The notes beneath the pieces are model-generated. The model was given only the letters and a program-made list of their open reading frames with translations, searched no databases and was not told the DNA's origin. A stretch of DNA of 64,000 nt from an uncultured virus (IMG/VR IMGVR_UViG_3300031269_000004) (Duplodnaviria; Heunggongvirae; Uroviricota; Caudoviricetes): IMG/VR virus record IMGVR_UViG_3300031269_000004. The stretch is one strand, 5' to 3'. Shown here piece by piece: positions 41,214 through 51,521 of the stretch. The position numbers and the translations under genes are program-made. Positions within the stretch are counted from its first letter, which is position 1. Every line of letters starts with the position of its first letter.

Positions 41214-41741
41214 ATGCAAGTACTATATTTTCACGGTCTAAACAGTGGACCTCAGTCACCTAAATTTTTAGCAATACAAAAGCAATGGCCTCAGGCAAAA
41301 TGTTTTTATTGGACACCAACAGAAAAGCAACTAAGTCAAAGAATTAAAACTTTAGCAGTTGAAATGTCAACGTCTACTAAAGATGTATTGATTATTGGTG
41401 ACTCTGCTGGTTCAAACCTCGCTTTACAATTTAGAACTGAAATAACAAAGGCAAACTCATGGTGTAAGTTAATAATAATTGCACCAATTTTTAATACAAA
41501 ACAGCTTATTGACTCTTCTATTCTACCCAAAAACATAATTGATCAAATTGTCACAGTTGCAACATTAAATGATGCTATGCTATTGCTGCCAAGAGAGGAT
41601 GAAATATTAGACTATTCAGAAATACCAGGTCAAGTATTACGGTCAACTGAAGTAAAAAGAATACCAGGAGGCCATGCAGTACTCGGTTTTAGCCGCTATA
41701 TTAAAGACATGGTACTGTTTAGTAATACAATAGCTGTTTAG
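41214..41741 (+). CDS. YqiA/UPF0227-like alpha/beta hydrolase
   Basis: YFHGLNS, nucleophile elbow GDSAG, DEIL, GGH. Confidence 0.8.
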   Translation: MQVLYFHGLNSGPQSPKFLAIQKQWPQAKCFYWTPTEKQLSQRIKTLAVEMSTSTKDVLIIGDSAGSNLALQFRTEITKANSWCKLIIIAPIFNTKQLIDSSILPKNIIDQIVTVATLNDAMLLLPREDEILDYSEIPGQVLRSTEVKRIPGGHAVLGFSRYIKDMVLFSNTIAV

Positions 41742-41864
41742 TAATACAATAGCTGTTAGTAATACAATAGCTGTTAGTAATACAATAGCTGTTTAGTAAT
41801 ACAATAGCTGTTAGTAATACAATAGCTGTTAGTAATACAATAGCTGTTTAGTAATACAATAGCT
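41716..41864 (+). repeat. Tandem array of eight 18/19-bp units
   Basis: AGTAATACAATAGCT starts at 41721, 41740, 41758, 41776, 41795, 41813, 41831 and 41850. Confidence 0.95.
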
Positions 41865-41904
41865 TTTAATTACAACCTATTGATATATAATCTAAAAAGA
41901 AAAA

Positions 41905-42498
41905 ATGAAATCACTAAGAGTTAGACTTAACGAATCATTAGTTAATGAATCTGTTCAAAATTTATTAGCTGGTGATCTAGATAAAAAGACAGCAATGGTT
42001 GACCAAGTTTGGCAATTGCTTAAAGATGCATATGCCAGTCAAGGTGGCATAAAAGGTTCTGGTTTTGCGTCTAAACAAGACATGTTACGTATTCCATTTT
42101 GGAAACTTGACATTGTAGACGGTAAAGTACTTGCTGTGATTTTGTACAAATTTAAGCAAGAATCCCCTAACGGTGTCACATTTAGAAAAATGGCAGCAGG
42201 TGGAATACTAAGAGACCCTGAAACTAAAGCAATGGCAAAAAAGAAATTTTCGAATATGATTAAAGACGACTTTAAACGTAGTATTATGGAAGTTTCTGGT
42301 GGCATGCTTGATTTTTTACGTAAAGGTTTTCCTCAGGAATTTAAGCAATATAGATTAACTGTTAAAGAAGCTCAAGCTATACTGACCAGTAGGGAACTAA
42401 CTGCACATGATGTGTATACTTATAGTAGAATTTTAGGTGGAGCTGGCAAAGAAGTCCACAAGAAAATGATGTTTGGCACAATACAACCAAAAAGATAG
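41905..42498 (+). CDS. Leader-tagged putative internal head protein
   Basis: MKSLRVRLNESLVNES leader; late-type motif at 41883; own terminator near 42568-42593. Confidence 0.65.
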   Translation: MKSLRVRLNESLVNESVQNLLAGDLDKKTAMVDQVWQLLKDAYASQGGIKGSGFASKQDMLRIPFWKLDIVDGKVLAVILYKFKQESPNGVTFRKMAAGGILRDPETKAMAKKKFSNMIKDDFKRSIMEVSGGMLDFLRKGFPQEFKQYRLTVKEAQAILTSRELTAHDVYTYSRILGGAGKEVHKKMMFGTIQPKR

Positions 42499-42662
42499 AT
42501 AGCGTATAGGCATCGTTAAAAGAATTGTAGTTACGCCATAGCTACAGTATTTGTTTTTGTTAAAATAAAGGGTTGATTCGAAATCAGCCCTTTATTGATG
42601 TTAACAACTTACAAAAAATGTTAACAACTACACCATATAAAGTTGTCAAGTTATGAATAAAA

Positions 42663-42684
42663 TTGTTATATTTATATATAACAA
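42663..42684 (+). promoter_or_regulatory. Palindromic putative early-promoter element, copy 4
   Basis: TTGTTATATATTTATATAACAA. Confidence 0.75.
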
Positions 42685-42696
42685 AAAATACATACA

Positions 42697-43062
42697 ATGG
42701 CATTACCGACTACGAAAAAACAAATGATGACACTGGCATCATTTGTAACGACTAAACTGTTTAGTTCTGATTTACTACGTGACTTAATAAACGACCAGCT
42801 AATTATTATTGACGATACATATGCAATAGATGGCTTGGCAAACGCTATAGCCTGTATACACTCAGGTCTTAGTCATCCACCAATTCACGTCATACAGGGT
42901 CAAGACCAGCTAAGACTAACAATTGTTACTGGTCAAACGGCATTACTTGCTGCATCACATGTTAACAATACCAACGTTACTGTAACCGTACTGTCAGCAA
43001 CTGCTACAGAAGAGGCACAGGCTCAATTTATAGAACTTGCAAAAACAGCAACCAATGGATAA
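42697..43062 (+). CDS. Hypothetical protein
   Basis: 121-aa ORF after the palindromic element. Confidence 0.6.
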   Translation: MALPTTKKQMMTLASFVTTKLFSSDLLRDLINDQLIIIDDTYAIDGLANAIACIHSGLSHPPIHVIQGQDQLRLTIVTGQTALLAASHVNNTNVTVTVLSATATEEAQAQFIELAKTATNG

Positions 43063-43336
43063 CTTGAAAGAACAAAGCAGTGCACAGTATAAGAATAACA
43101 TAGCAAAACGGTTCACTGCTGCAGTTAATAACAATAGACACTTTGTTGGTCTTAACAACTTTGACAAGGCCAACATATTTTTAGACATGATTGCAGTATT
43201 TGTGCCAGAGCAGCACTTAAAGGGTGAACAGTACATGTCAACATATTACGATGGTATCTTTATGGCACCACTAGGCACCACATCAGAAGCCAGAAAGTCA
43301 GAAATGCTAAGACAAGTGCGATCATGGTTAGATTAA
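43055..43336 (+). CDS. Hypothetical protein
   Basis: ATG 43055 overlaps the previous stop. Confidence 0.55.
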   Translation: MDNLKEQSSAQYKNNIAKRFTAAVNNNRHFVGLNNFDKANIFLDMIAVFVPEQHLKGEQYMSTYYDGIFMAPLGTTSEARKSEMLRQVRSWLD

Positions 43337-43584
43337 CTAAAGATATTAAAGCACAACTATTGAATGACATTGAGACTATATTTGATGAAAGTATTAGTAG
43401 GCAATAAATGAAAAAACTTAGAACTTGTGTATGAAACGAATTGAAATTAAGATAAAAATTAAAAAATGGCAAAGGTCATTTATAAGAGATAAATGGGGCA
43501 GTTTAACAAATTGTTATTGGAATAGCATGGCTAAAAAAGAAATAATTAAATTGCAAGGCTTAGAGGTCATTTAAAAGAAACAAC

Positions 43585-43851
43585 ATGAGGTTAATGCAAA
43601 ATTTTATAAATAACGAAACTGGTCAGATACACTACGAGCCTGTTAAATCAAACATATACAGTCTTATAGGGCGTTTTTTTGCTTGGACACGAATCCACTT
43701 TTGGTCTTTTTGCCCTGAATGTAATAGTGACGCACCAAAATTATATGATTGTAAGGTTTGTCAATGGGATACGAATTCCCCATTTAATGGGGCAAAAAAG
43801 AAAGAGTATTGGAACAACTGGAAATTGCAAGATTACTTAAATGACTTATAA
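43585..43851 (+). CDS. Small zinc-ribbon protein
   Basis: CPEC...CKVC. Confidence 0.55.
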   Translation: MRLMQNFINNETGQIHYEPVKSNIYSLIGRFFAWTRIHFWSFCPECNSDAPKLYDCKVCQWDTNSPFNGAKKKEYWNNWKLQDYLNDL

Positions 43852-43903
43852 CAACGGATAAACAGGACACAAGCAATTAACAAAAATAAATAAAAAAACT
43901 ATT

Positions 43904-44650
43904 ATGAATGAAATTCAACAAGAAATAATCGACAAAGTGGTCAAAGCACTAGACAGACACGTACATACTTTCCTAGTCAAAAATGGCACTAAAATAAAAA
44001 CAAAGCCATTTGGTGCCCTGTATACAGATGTAGCAAAGGCACTAGGTTTGGATATGTCAGAAACCGCTGAACATAACAGTACTATGATGCCTGTATATCC
44101 TATGCGGCTAGATGACTTTACACGTAACAGACTTGCAACAGCAGACAATCACCTTGTCGTTGATGTCAACTACATGTACCCTACGATATTTAGGCACATG
44201 TTTATCAACAAATTATTAGAAACAAACAGACCAAATTTTGACAAAATGTATATTTGGCTACTAGACAACATACAAATACTAAAGGTCCAAGAAAACGCTG
44301 GAGCATACTATGTAGCAAGATACATACTCAACTCTTTATATGGTGTTATTGCTGCAGCATCGTATATAATTGGCACAGACATGCCACTTCGTGTAAACAG
44401 TAAACAAACTTCTGCTATGAAACAATGTATGGAGGACATATCATCATTAGTACTATACAAACCATACACCATAGCAGTAGACATCGACATTATGTGGCTA
44501 AAAGACACAGCAGAAGCACATATAATGCTAAAAGAGCTACAGGATAAATACGGCTTTACAATTGCATCAAAAGTAGTTGCAGACAAAAATGTAGACTTTA
44601 GACCTAGCAAAAGCACAAATAGAGCATACGAAAAATTCATAAAAGGCTAA
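43904..44650 (+). CDS. Minimal family-B DNA polymerase-like protein (palm and fingers only)
   Basis: Motif A VVDVNYMYPTI, motif B RYILNSLYG, motif C AVDIDIMW within 248 aa. Confidence 0.65.
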   Translation: MNEIQQEIIDKVVKALDRHVHTFLVKNGTKIKTKPFGALYTDVAKALGLDMSETAEHNSTMMPVYPMRLDDFTRNRLATADNHLVVDVNYMYPTIFRHMFINKLLETNRPNFDKMYIWLLDNIQILKVQENAGAYYVARYILNSLYGVIAAASYIIGTDMPLRVNSKQTSAMKQCMEDISSLVLYKPYTIAVDIDIMWLKDTAEAHIMLKELQDKYGFTIASKVVADKNVDFRPSKSTNRAYEKFIKG

Positions 44651-44662
44651 AGACAAAACATT

Positions 44663-44854
44663 GTGACAACATACGTTAGAGATATTTACAAAGGTGGCCG
44701 ACGAAACGATGAATTTCTAAAAGCAATTAAAGATGCTGATGGGGACAAGAAACCAGGTTTCTTCGCTTCAGATTTAGAAAAACACTTATTTGCAGGCGTA
44801 TATTATGGATGGTTAGTTAACAAATACGGCAATGATTGGGCACAAAATCTCTAG
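44663..44854 (+). CDS. Hypothetical protein
   Basis: 63-aa ORF with GTG start. Confidence 0.5.
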   Translation: MTTYVRDIYKGGRRNDEFLKAIKDADGDKKPGFFASDLEKHLFAGVYYGWLVNKYGNDWAQNL

Positions 44855-44902
44855 CACCCCGAATTAGCAACTGACTTAATTAACAAGACAAGTAACAAAC
44901 AA

Positions 44903-45334
44903 ATGAAGACTCAAAGGATTATTTTTAGCATGGAAACATTACCTAGCTTGCAAGACACAAATATTATCGTACCAACAAAAGGTGTTGGCAAAGGCATGCC
45001 TCACTTTAGGGAATACTATGGCAGTGCACAAAAGGACATGAACGATGAATATCATGACTTGTTTACATTATCATCAGAAGAAATTTTGCCTGGTGACGTA
45101 TTCTATTGTCTAAAGGCTAAAAAGATTAAAATACGTGCAATAGATCACGAAGTCACTAAATGGCACAATGCTACAAGTCTTTACGATAGAAAAGTTATTG
45201 GTACAACAAGCAAGGTCATACATAGCCTAGTCAGTTGCCATAGTGACATTAAATTACTGACAAAAGGGCAAGAATTAATGTATTGTCAAAACGAAGACAT
45301 ATATGAAATACTAGGCATACAAAAAACTTTATGA
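44903..45334 (+). CDS. Hypothetical protein
   Basis: 143-aa ORF. Confidence 0.6.
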   Translation: MKTQRIIFSMETLPSLQDTNIIVPTKGVGKGMPHFREYYGSAQKDMNDEYHDLFTLSSEEILPGDVFYCLKAKKIKIRAIDHEVTKWHNATSLYDRKVIGTTSKVIHSLVSCHSDIKLLTKGQELMYCQNEDIYEILGIQKTL

Positions 45335-45442
45335 AAGACAATTAAGTATGAGTAATTAAATGTAACAACTTCTTGAAATTTTATGCAAAGCAACAATTTT
45401 CTTTTGAAAATTTAACACTTTAAGTTGTCATATAACCACTAA

Positions 45443-45463
45443 TTGTTATATATTTATATAACA
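45443..45463 (+). promoter_or_regulatory. Palindromic putative early-promoter element, copy 5
   Basis: TTGTTATATATTTATATAACA. Confidence 0.75.
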
Positions 45464-45485
45464 CCAATAAATAAATACAACTATT

Positions 45486-45845
45486 ATGAGTACAAGTCAA
45501 AAGCACAACGTCATACAAATTGCAAAAACTGCACATGCTGCACATCGTGCATTTTGTATTAATGTTGAACAGTCAAAACAACCAACTTGGCCGGAAACGA
45601 CACAAAGCCACAAGTTAACAGTTTACAATTCTATTAAGAAAATACTTTCTGGTGAACTACGGTCACCACAAGAGGCTCACGAAAACTTTGTTAATATGAA
45701 ATTAGAAGGCGGTTGGGTTTGGGCTCCGGTTCACAATGTAGAACTAAAACACAATCCTAGATTAACAGCATTTGACAAGTTAACACCAGCAAACATATTT
45801 AAAGACATCATGTTTTTCGATATCGTTATGTCATTCAAAAAATAA
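45486..45845 (+). CDS. RyR-domain protein
   Basis: HENF...GWVWAPVHNVELKHNPRLTAFDKL...KD pattern. Confidence 0.75.
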   Translation: MSTSQKHNVIQIAKTAHAAHRAFCINVEQSKQPTWPETTQSHKLTVYNSIKKILSGELRSPQEAHENFVNMKLEGGWVWAPVHNVELKHNPRLTAFDKLTPANIFKDIMFFDIVMSFKK

Positions 45846-45855
45846 GGAAAAACTC

Positions 45856-46611
45856 ATGAAAATATCAATTAAATTTTTCGGTGTGTCATACAATACAGGA
45901 AAGAGTAAGACCTTTAAGCATGAGTTTGAAACTGGTGTAGAGTTTAGTGACATAACAAAAAAGGTAAGTGGCAAGCTCAAGGAAATACTTCTAAAATACA
46001 ACCCTAAACTAACATCATTACCTGACGACTATACGATTGACGTTTTTGAACAAGCAATGGACTGGGTTGATGAACGTGATAATACTGACATTATTCATCA
46101 GTATGAATTACAAAGCATAACTAACTACAAAGTAGTGTCCGTCGGTTTAGTAAAACAAAAATCAGCAGAAAAAAAGTTTGTTCAGGAACACGGAGACAAA
46201 AGAATAGCTAAAGGTTCTATATATCACATACAGGGTCACGACATAAAGGCTGAACAAGTATTAGTTTTTCTTGACTCAGCAATATCTGACCCGCAACTAA
46301 AACTTGACATGCTTGCTGTATACAAAAAAATGTATAAGTCTATCAAGTCGTTAGGTTACAAAAAGCAAGTTAGTATAGTCTTGGATTCTACAGCTGTTGC
46401 ATATACTGCCGCTACAGCTACTCTGGCTAAACTTTCTGACTACAACAAAGAACTTAATGCATTACCATCTTTTGTATGGAAAGCAGCAATATACCAGGAC
46501 GAAGTCGCAACTTCTGTTTTTGTTAATCAATTTAAAAGTGGCAAGCTTAGTGAAAAAGGAAAATTGATACTAAGTAGTTACGAAGACCGATATAAAAAAT
46601 TACAAGGATAA
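45856..46611 (+). CDS. Hypothetical protein
   Basis: 251-aa ORF. Confidence 0.65.
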   Translation: MKISIKFFGVSYNTGKSKTFKHEFETGVEFSDITKKVSGKLKEILLKYNPKLTSLPDDYTIDVFEQAMDWVDERDNTDIIHQYELQSITNYKVVSVGLVKQKSAEKKFVQEHGDKRIAKGSIYHIQGHDIKAEQVLVFLDSAISDPQLKLDMLAVYKKMYKSIKSLGYKKQVSIVLDSTAVAYTAATATLAKLSDYNKELNALPSFVWKAAIYQDEVATSVFVNQFKSGKLSEKGKLILSSYEDRYKKLQG

Positions 46612-46637
46612 TGAAAAATAAAACGCAAACATAAAAG

Positions 46638-47486
46638 ATGCCAGAAATAGCAGAAGTTAGATTAGTTTCAGATTACATTAATGAGGTTAGTAGAGGTCAA
46701 CGATGTAGTGGCATTACTAAAAGCCAAGTACATAAAGGTCTTGATCTTGAGCCTTGGTACAATGACAATTGCAGTTGGGGTATAAGTAAGCTTAGCTCAG
46801 AGGCAAGAGGCAAAGAACTGCATGTTATTATGTCACACCCACAAGACACCAATTTGTCATTAAGGGTTCGTTTTAATCTTGGTATGTCTGGTCACTTTGT
46901 ACTGCATGACACTACGACTAGACCAAAGCATGCACACATAACATTTAGTCTCAACTATGACGATCAGCTTAGCTTTGTTGATCCTCGGCGATTTGGTACA
47001 TGGAAACCTATTCAAACATGGCATCCAAACCGAGGCCCTGATGTTATTACTAGTCCAGCACTAGTCAAGCAACATATGGAAAAACTGCTAATGCATAAAG
47101 ACCGTTTAAAATCTGCACCAGCAATGCTATTGAATCAGTTTTGGTTTAACGGCATTGGTAACTATCTTAGGAGTGACCTCCTTTATATACTTGATGTCAG
47201 CCCAACTTGGACTATTGAGCAGGTTATTGCACATCATGGTGTTGATCATTTTGTTGATGTTATGGCTGGTCTATGCATTCAAATGTATCAGGTTGGCGGT
47301 GGTCGACTTCAGTCATTTAAAACTCCAGGTCTCGAGTATCAAAAGTTGACAAAGTTTTATTGTTATAGTCAACGAGGTATGTGCCATGTTTATGACCCAT
47401 CTGGTCGCAGGCTTTGGTTCCATCCTAAATGGAAAGAACAGGTTGCAATGGCTTGGCCAACCAAGACAATTGGCGAAAAGGCATAA
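46638..47486 (+). CDS. Fpg/Nei-family DNA glycosylase (NEIL1-like, zincless finger)
   Basis: N-terminal MPE..EV, RGKEL, LGMSG, FVDPRRFG, H2TH LLNQ.WFNGIGNYL, C-terminal GRRLWF without a C4 zinc finger. Confidence 0.9.
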   Translation: MPEIAEVRLVSDYINEVSRGQRCSGITKSQVHKGLDLEPWYNDNCSWGISKLSSEARGKELHVIMSHPQDTNLSLRVRFNLGMSGHFVLHDTTTRPKHAHITFSLNYDDQLSFVDPRRFGTWKPIQTWHPNRGPDVITSPALVKQHMEKLLMHKDRLKSAPAMLLNQFWFNGIGNYLRSDLLYILDVSPTWTIEQVIAHHGVDHFVDVMAGLCIQMYQVGGGRLQSFKTPGLEYQKLTKFYCYSQRGMCHVYDPSGRRLWFHPKWKEQVAMAWPTKTIGEKA

Positions 47487-47536
47487 ACTGCAGCAATAGT
47501 GTTATATTTAAAATACGGTAAATTTATCAAAAGATT

Positions 47537-50500
47537 ATGAAAATACAAATGTTGCATTACGCAGATATTCAAATAGAAGTTAGAACCAGCGGTACTGGTG
47601 CACAAAGATATGATGAATTTGCAAGAGGTCTTCAAGACATCGAAGCAGTTGCTCAAAGGATGCAACCTGACATTATAGTTATTCCTGGTGATATTTTTGA
47701 ATTTCAAGATGCTAATGCTGAAGAGTTAAAATTGTTTACTCAACACTTACATGCTATTTTACCCACTTGCAAAAGAGTCATCATCATACCTGGGAATCAC
47801 GATGTTAGACAAAGAGGTATTGCACTAACGACTAGCACAGAAAAAAGAAACTTAACCGATGCTATTGATCTTGCTGTTACTGCAGTAAAGTCACCTAAAA
47901 TATCATATTACCAAAAAACCGGACTCTACGAGGACACTACTTTTGACATTACCTGGGCAGTTTGGTCACAATGGACCAAGCATAGTATGGCTGACGTAAA
48001 ACCAGCATATAGCCCTTGGGTAGACAATGACATTAAGTCAGTAAAAACATCTTCTGTTATTGAATTGTTTCACGATCCAGTTATGGGTTGCAAACACTTT
48101 GACGGTCAACCTAGTAAGCATTTCGAAAATTACAAAATTACGATGGCAGACTTTCAGGCACCAACAGTACTTGCTGGTGATATTCATGCACCTGACATTG
48201 TTAGAGACGGTGACAAGACATTTACATATTGTAGTTCACTAGTACAGCGTAATTTTGGTGAAGGTGACTATTACGATGGTCACAAATTGACAGTAAAGGG
48301 TAACTGTCAGCATGGCTACAACATTTTGACTTTTGATACTGACATTAACCGGGTTGTTGATATTGAATTTTTTAGTCTTAATCAGGTTGTTAGTAGGCAT
48401 ACGATATACCTGTCTGACAAGTTTGATTATGAAACTATGACTGCATTACTAAGTATTGAGGCTACAGAACTAAATAAGATTAGACTGGTTTGCAAATCTG
48501 GCCTTAGTGAATTTACTAAAAATGAAGAGGCCCTAGTTCGACACTTTAAGTCTAAGTATACTTGCTCTGTTGAAACAGACTGGGCCAAAGATGTCCTTAG
48601 TGTTGAGGTTGATACTACGGAATATGCTGACTTATCACAAATAGTTGATAAGGACAAAATGCTAAAGATTTCAAAAAAGTACATAGACACTATTGTTAAA
48701 CAGTCAACAACAATTGAAACAGAAGATCGTGAAGCATCAGCAGCAATGATATATGAAATGTTTGAAGAACAATTGCTTGCTGCAGACTTGACTAACAAAA
48801 AATTAAGCATTGACATTATCGGCGGTACTGTTAGTAACTTTATGTCATTTACAAAAGATGTACAAATACGATTTGGTAATGCACCAATTACTAAGATAAC
48901 GGGGGCCAATGGTGTTGGCAAAACAAAACTGTTTGACTTTTTAAAATGGATGACTAAAGATCAAATAAGTAGTAGTCAAAATCTAAGAAACAAACGATAT
49001 AACTACGCCCTGTATTTTAATGATCATTCAGAAGCTGACACTGTTAGTGGTGAACTTAAGTTTATTGTTAACGGTAAACCACACAAATTGGTTAAGACGT
49101 TAACCCGTTCTTGGAAAAAAGGCAAAAAAGACATATTTGCTAAAAATTGGATAGACAACCTATCTGGTACGCCAACGATGTCATTAACCCTAACTTCGTC
49201 TAACCTTACAACTGATAACACACAAGAAGTTGTGGAATACATGGACAGTTTATTTACTTTTCAAGAGTTAGAGCAACTTGTATTCATTAACAGCTTTTCT
49301 TTCGATCGTCTAATTAATATGAAGCCTGAAGACTTGTCTGCTAGATTCTTAAACATTATTGGTCTTGATGCAATGACAGACCTACTGGGTCAAATAGAAG
49401 ATGTTAAGGCTGCAAAGCTTGGTCCGTTGGCTAAACCTGCAATGACAGTAAATCAAATTGTCGAACAAATAGCACAGATTGAAACCAAAGCTCAAACTTT
49501 AGAGCATGATACCAAGGCCAAGCGGTCAGAAGCAGAGGCAATTGAGACAGAGGTAGACGCGAAGACTAAAGACACAAACGGGTTACGTTCTAAACTGCAT
49601 CAGGTAGACAAGACGCACATTATAGACGCACAAATAGAAGTCATTAACGCAAATGTGGCAAGGCGACAGGATACAATTACTGAAAAACAGGCTCGTCTAG
49701 ACCTCTTACTGGCAACCAAAGATTCAATGTCAATTGACAAGTTAAAAGACGGTAGTCATGCCTTAGAACTTAAACTTGTTAACGCTAGGCATAAGGTAGA
49801 ACAAAGTGAACAAAGGGCAGAGTCAATAAGGCAAACTATTGATGCTAAAAAGTCTGATGCAGTACTAATAGTTAAAGACGTTACGTTTGAGTTAAATAGT
49901 GAAATAGCAATACAAGAAAAGTCAATTTCAGCAAAGAGAGAATTAATACTAGAACTTAAAGGCAAAAAGTCAGCCCACGTGGCTTCTTGGTTAAATGAAG
50001 TACAGCGTAGCAAAAATGCAGTTGATGAATTACTCAACAAGTCTATTACAGTTGGCTCAGGTCTTAATGATGCACTGTCAGCAATAAAAATTGTAGCCGC
50101 AGAAGTCGCAATGGCAAAAAAGACAATTACTGAAAAGATAGAACGTGCAGAAAAAAAGGTTGCTGACTTAGTAACATCTAAGGTTTGCCTAACCTGTAAG
50201 CAAACAAAATCAAAAAGTGCACAAGAGGCAATTGACAAACAAATAGTAACAGTAAAGAAGTCAATAGTAGACCAAGAAGCAGAAATGCTATTGCTAGGCG
50301 GAAAGGTTGACACCATAAAGGCAGATTGGTCACAGTGTCAGACAAAGATTGAACTAAACAAAGCCATACAGGCAGAGCATAACAAAGAGTCGATAAAGCT
50401 TAAAGCCTTACTTTTAGGTGAAACAGTACCTAATATTTCAGAATGGCAACAGGCTTTTGCAATGGGTCAGGCAATAACAAAGGAGTTAGCAGACCAAAGT

Positions 50501-51511
50501 GAACAGCTAGAGACTCTTACTGCTGAAGTTGTTCACTTTGGTGCAGAACTAGGTGCAAAACTTAAGCAACACGATCGTGTTATTGAAGCAAAGTCACAAA
50601 TAGTAAAGGTTACTCAAGAACTTGAAGAGCACAAGGGGTCAGAGGCCTTGCTAAAACAGGCAGTTATAGACATTAAGATTGATATGGCTAAAATTGAAGC
50701 CAAGCTTGCAGAACTAGCCACAATTGATGACAACATACAGGAACTTAATGATGCGGTTAAGCTTCACTTGGTAGACAATGAAAAAGAAAGGGGTACACAA
50801 CAACTGCTTACACAAAGGCTAAGATGGTCAATAGAAAATAAAGAAACACAATTAAAGATAGACACGCAAGACAGGTTGCTAGGTGACATGAAAGAACAGG
50901 CAAGGTCAGTTAATGAAACACTAGCCGCATTCGCGCAAGAAAAGGCATCAGGTATTCAACAGGTTGAAATACTTAACGGCAAAATAGGAGAAGTTAGACA
51001 ATGGAGACTAGTTGAATCAAGTCTTAAATTGTATAAACGACTGCTTGGTAAACATGGCCTGCCTCAGTACATATTTGCACATATTGTTGGTCTAATTAAT
51101 ACTAAGCTAAACGAAAGCCTTGAAGGCGTAGACTTTAGACTACAATTCGATCAAGACACATTGGAGCTTAAATTTATCGATCTTAAGCAAGATGTTATGA
51201 GACCAGTACAATTTGTATCAGGTATGCAAACGACAGTCATAGCCCTGGCCTTGATTAATATTATGAGGCAGTTAAACGGTAGCAAACAATTTAATGTCTT
51301 AATGATTGATGAAATATCTGGTAAGCTAAACGACGGCAAAGACCTTACATACGAGGCAAGAAATTACAAAGAATTGGTTCAGCAATTTATAGCAACTATT
51401 AGTAAGGGCTGCCAGGTTGTCATTGTTGACCACACGCTAACATTTAAGGACTCTAAGGTTATAGAAGTCTTTCCTGACACAGGCGGTTCAAACTTAAAAT
51501 ACAGAAAATAA
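47537..51511 (+). CDS. Fused Mre11/SbcD nuclease and Rad50/SbcC ATPase (gp47-gp46-like)
   Basis: ADIQI, PGDIFE, PGNHD and GDIH phosphoesterase motifs; Walker A GANGVGKT; CLTC zinc hook; signature VSGMQ; Walker B LMIDE; VDH. Confidence 0.92.
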   Translation: MKIQMLHYADIQIEVRTSGTGAQRYDEFARGLQDIEAVAQRMQPDIIVIPGDIFEFQDANAEELKLFTQHLHAILPTCKRVIIIPGNHDVRQRGIALTTSTEKRNLTDAIDLAVTAVKSPKISYYQKTGLYEDTTFDITWAVWSQWTKHSMADVKPAYSPWVDNDIKSVKTSSVIELFHDPVMGCKHFDGQPSKHFENYKITMADFQAPTVLAGDIHAPDIVRDGDKTFTYCSSLVQRNFGEGDYYDGHKLTVKGNCQHGYNILTFDTDINRVVDIEFFSLNQVVSRHTIYLSDKFDYETMTALLSIEATELNKIRLVCKSGLSEFTKNEEALVRHFKSKYTCSVETDWAKDVLSVEVDTTEYADLSQIVDKDKMLKISKKYIDTIVKQSTTIETEDREASAAMIYEMFEEQLLAADLTNKKLSIDIIGGTVSNFMSFTKDVQIRFGNAPITKITGANGVGKTKLFDFLKWMTKDQISSSQNLRNKRYNYALYFNDHSEADTVSGELKFIVNGKPHKLVKTLTRSWKKGKKDIFAKNWIDNLSGTPTMSLTLTSSNLTTDNTQEVVEYMDSLFTFQELEQLVFINSFSFDRLINMKPEDLSARFLNIIGLDAMTDLLGQIEDVKAAKLGPLAKPAMTVNQIVEQIAQIETKAQTLEHDTKAKRSEAEAIETEVDAKTKDTNGLRSKLHQVDKTHIIDAQIEVINANVARRQDTITEKQARLDLLLATKDSMSIDKLKDGSHALELKLVNARHKVEQSEQRAESIRQTIDAKKSDAVLIVKDVTFELNSEIAIQEKSISAKRELILELKGKKSAHVASWLNEVQRSKNAVDELLNKSITVGSGLNDALSAIKIVAAEVAMAKKTITEKIERAEKKVADLVTSKVCLTCKQTKSKSAQEAIDKQIVTVKKSIVDQEAEMLLLGGKVDTIKADWSQCQTKIELNKAIQAEHNKESIKLKALLLGETVPNISEWQQAFAMGQAITKELADQSEQLETLTAEVVHFGAELGAKLKQHDRVIEAKSQIVKVTQELEEHKGSEALLKQAVIDIKIDMAKIEAKLAELATIDDNIQELNDAVKLHLVDNEKERGTQQLLTQRLRWSIENKETQLKIDTQDRLLGDMKEQARSVNETLAAFAQEKASGIQQVEILNGKIGEVRQWRLVESSLKLYKRLLGKHGLPQYIFAHIVGLINTKLNESLEGVDFRLQFDQDTLELKFIDLKQDVMRPVQFVSGMQTTVIALALINIMRQLNGSKQFNVLMIDEISGKLNDGKDLTYEARNYKELVQQFIATISKGCQVVIVDHTLTFKDSKVIEVFPDTGGSNLKYRK

Positions 51512-51521
51512 ATAAAACAAT

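Noticed and set aside
41716..41864. CRISPR array
   Set aside because: Units are contiguous with no unique spacers, and no cas operon is present.
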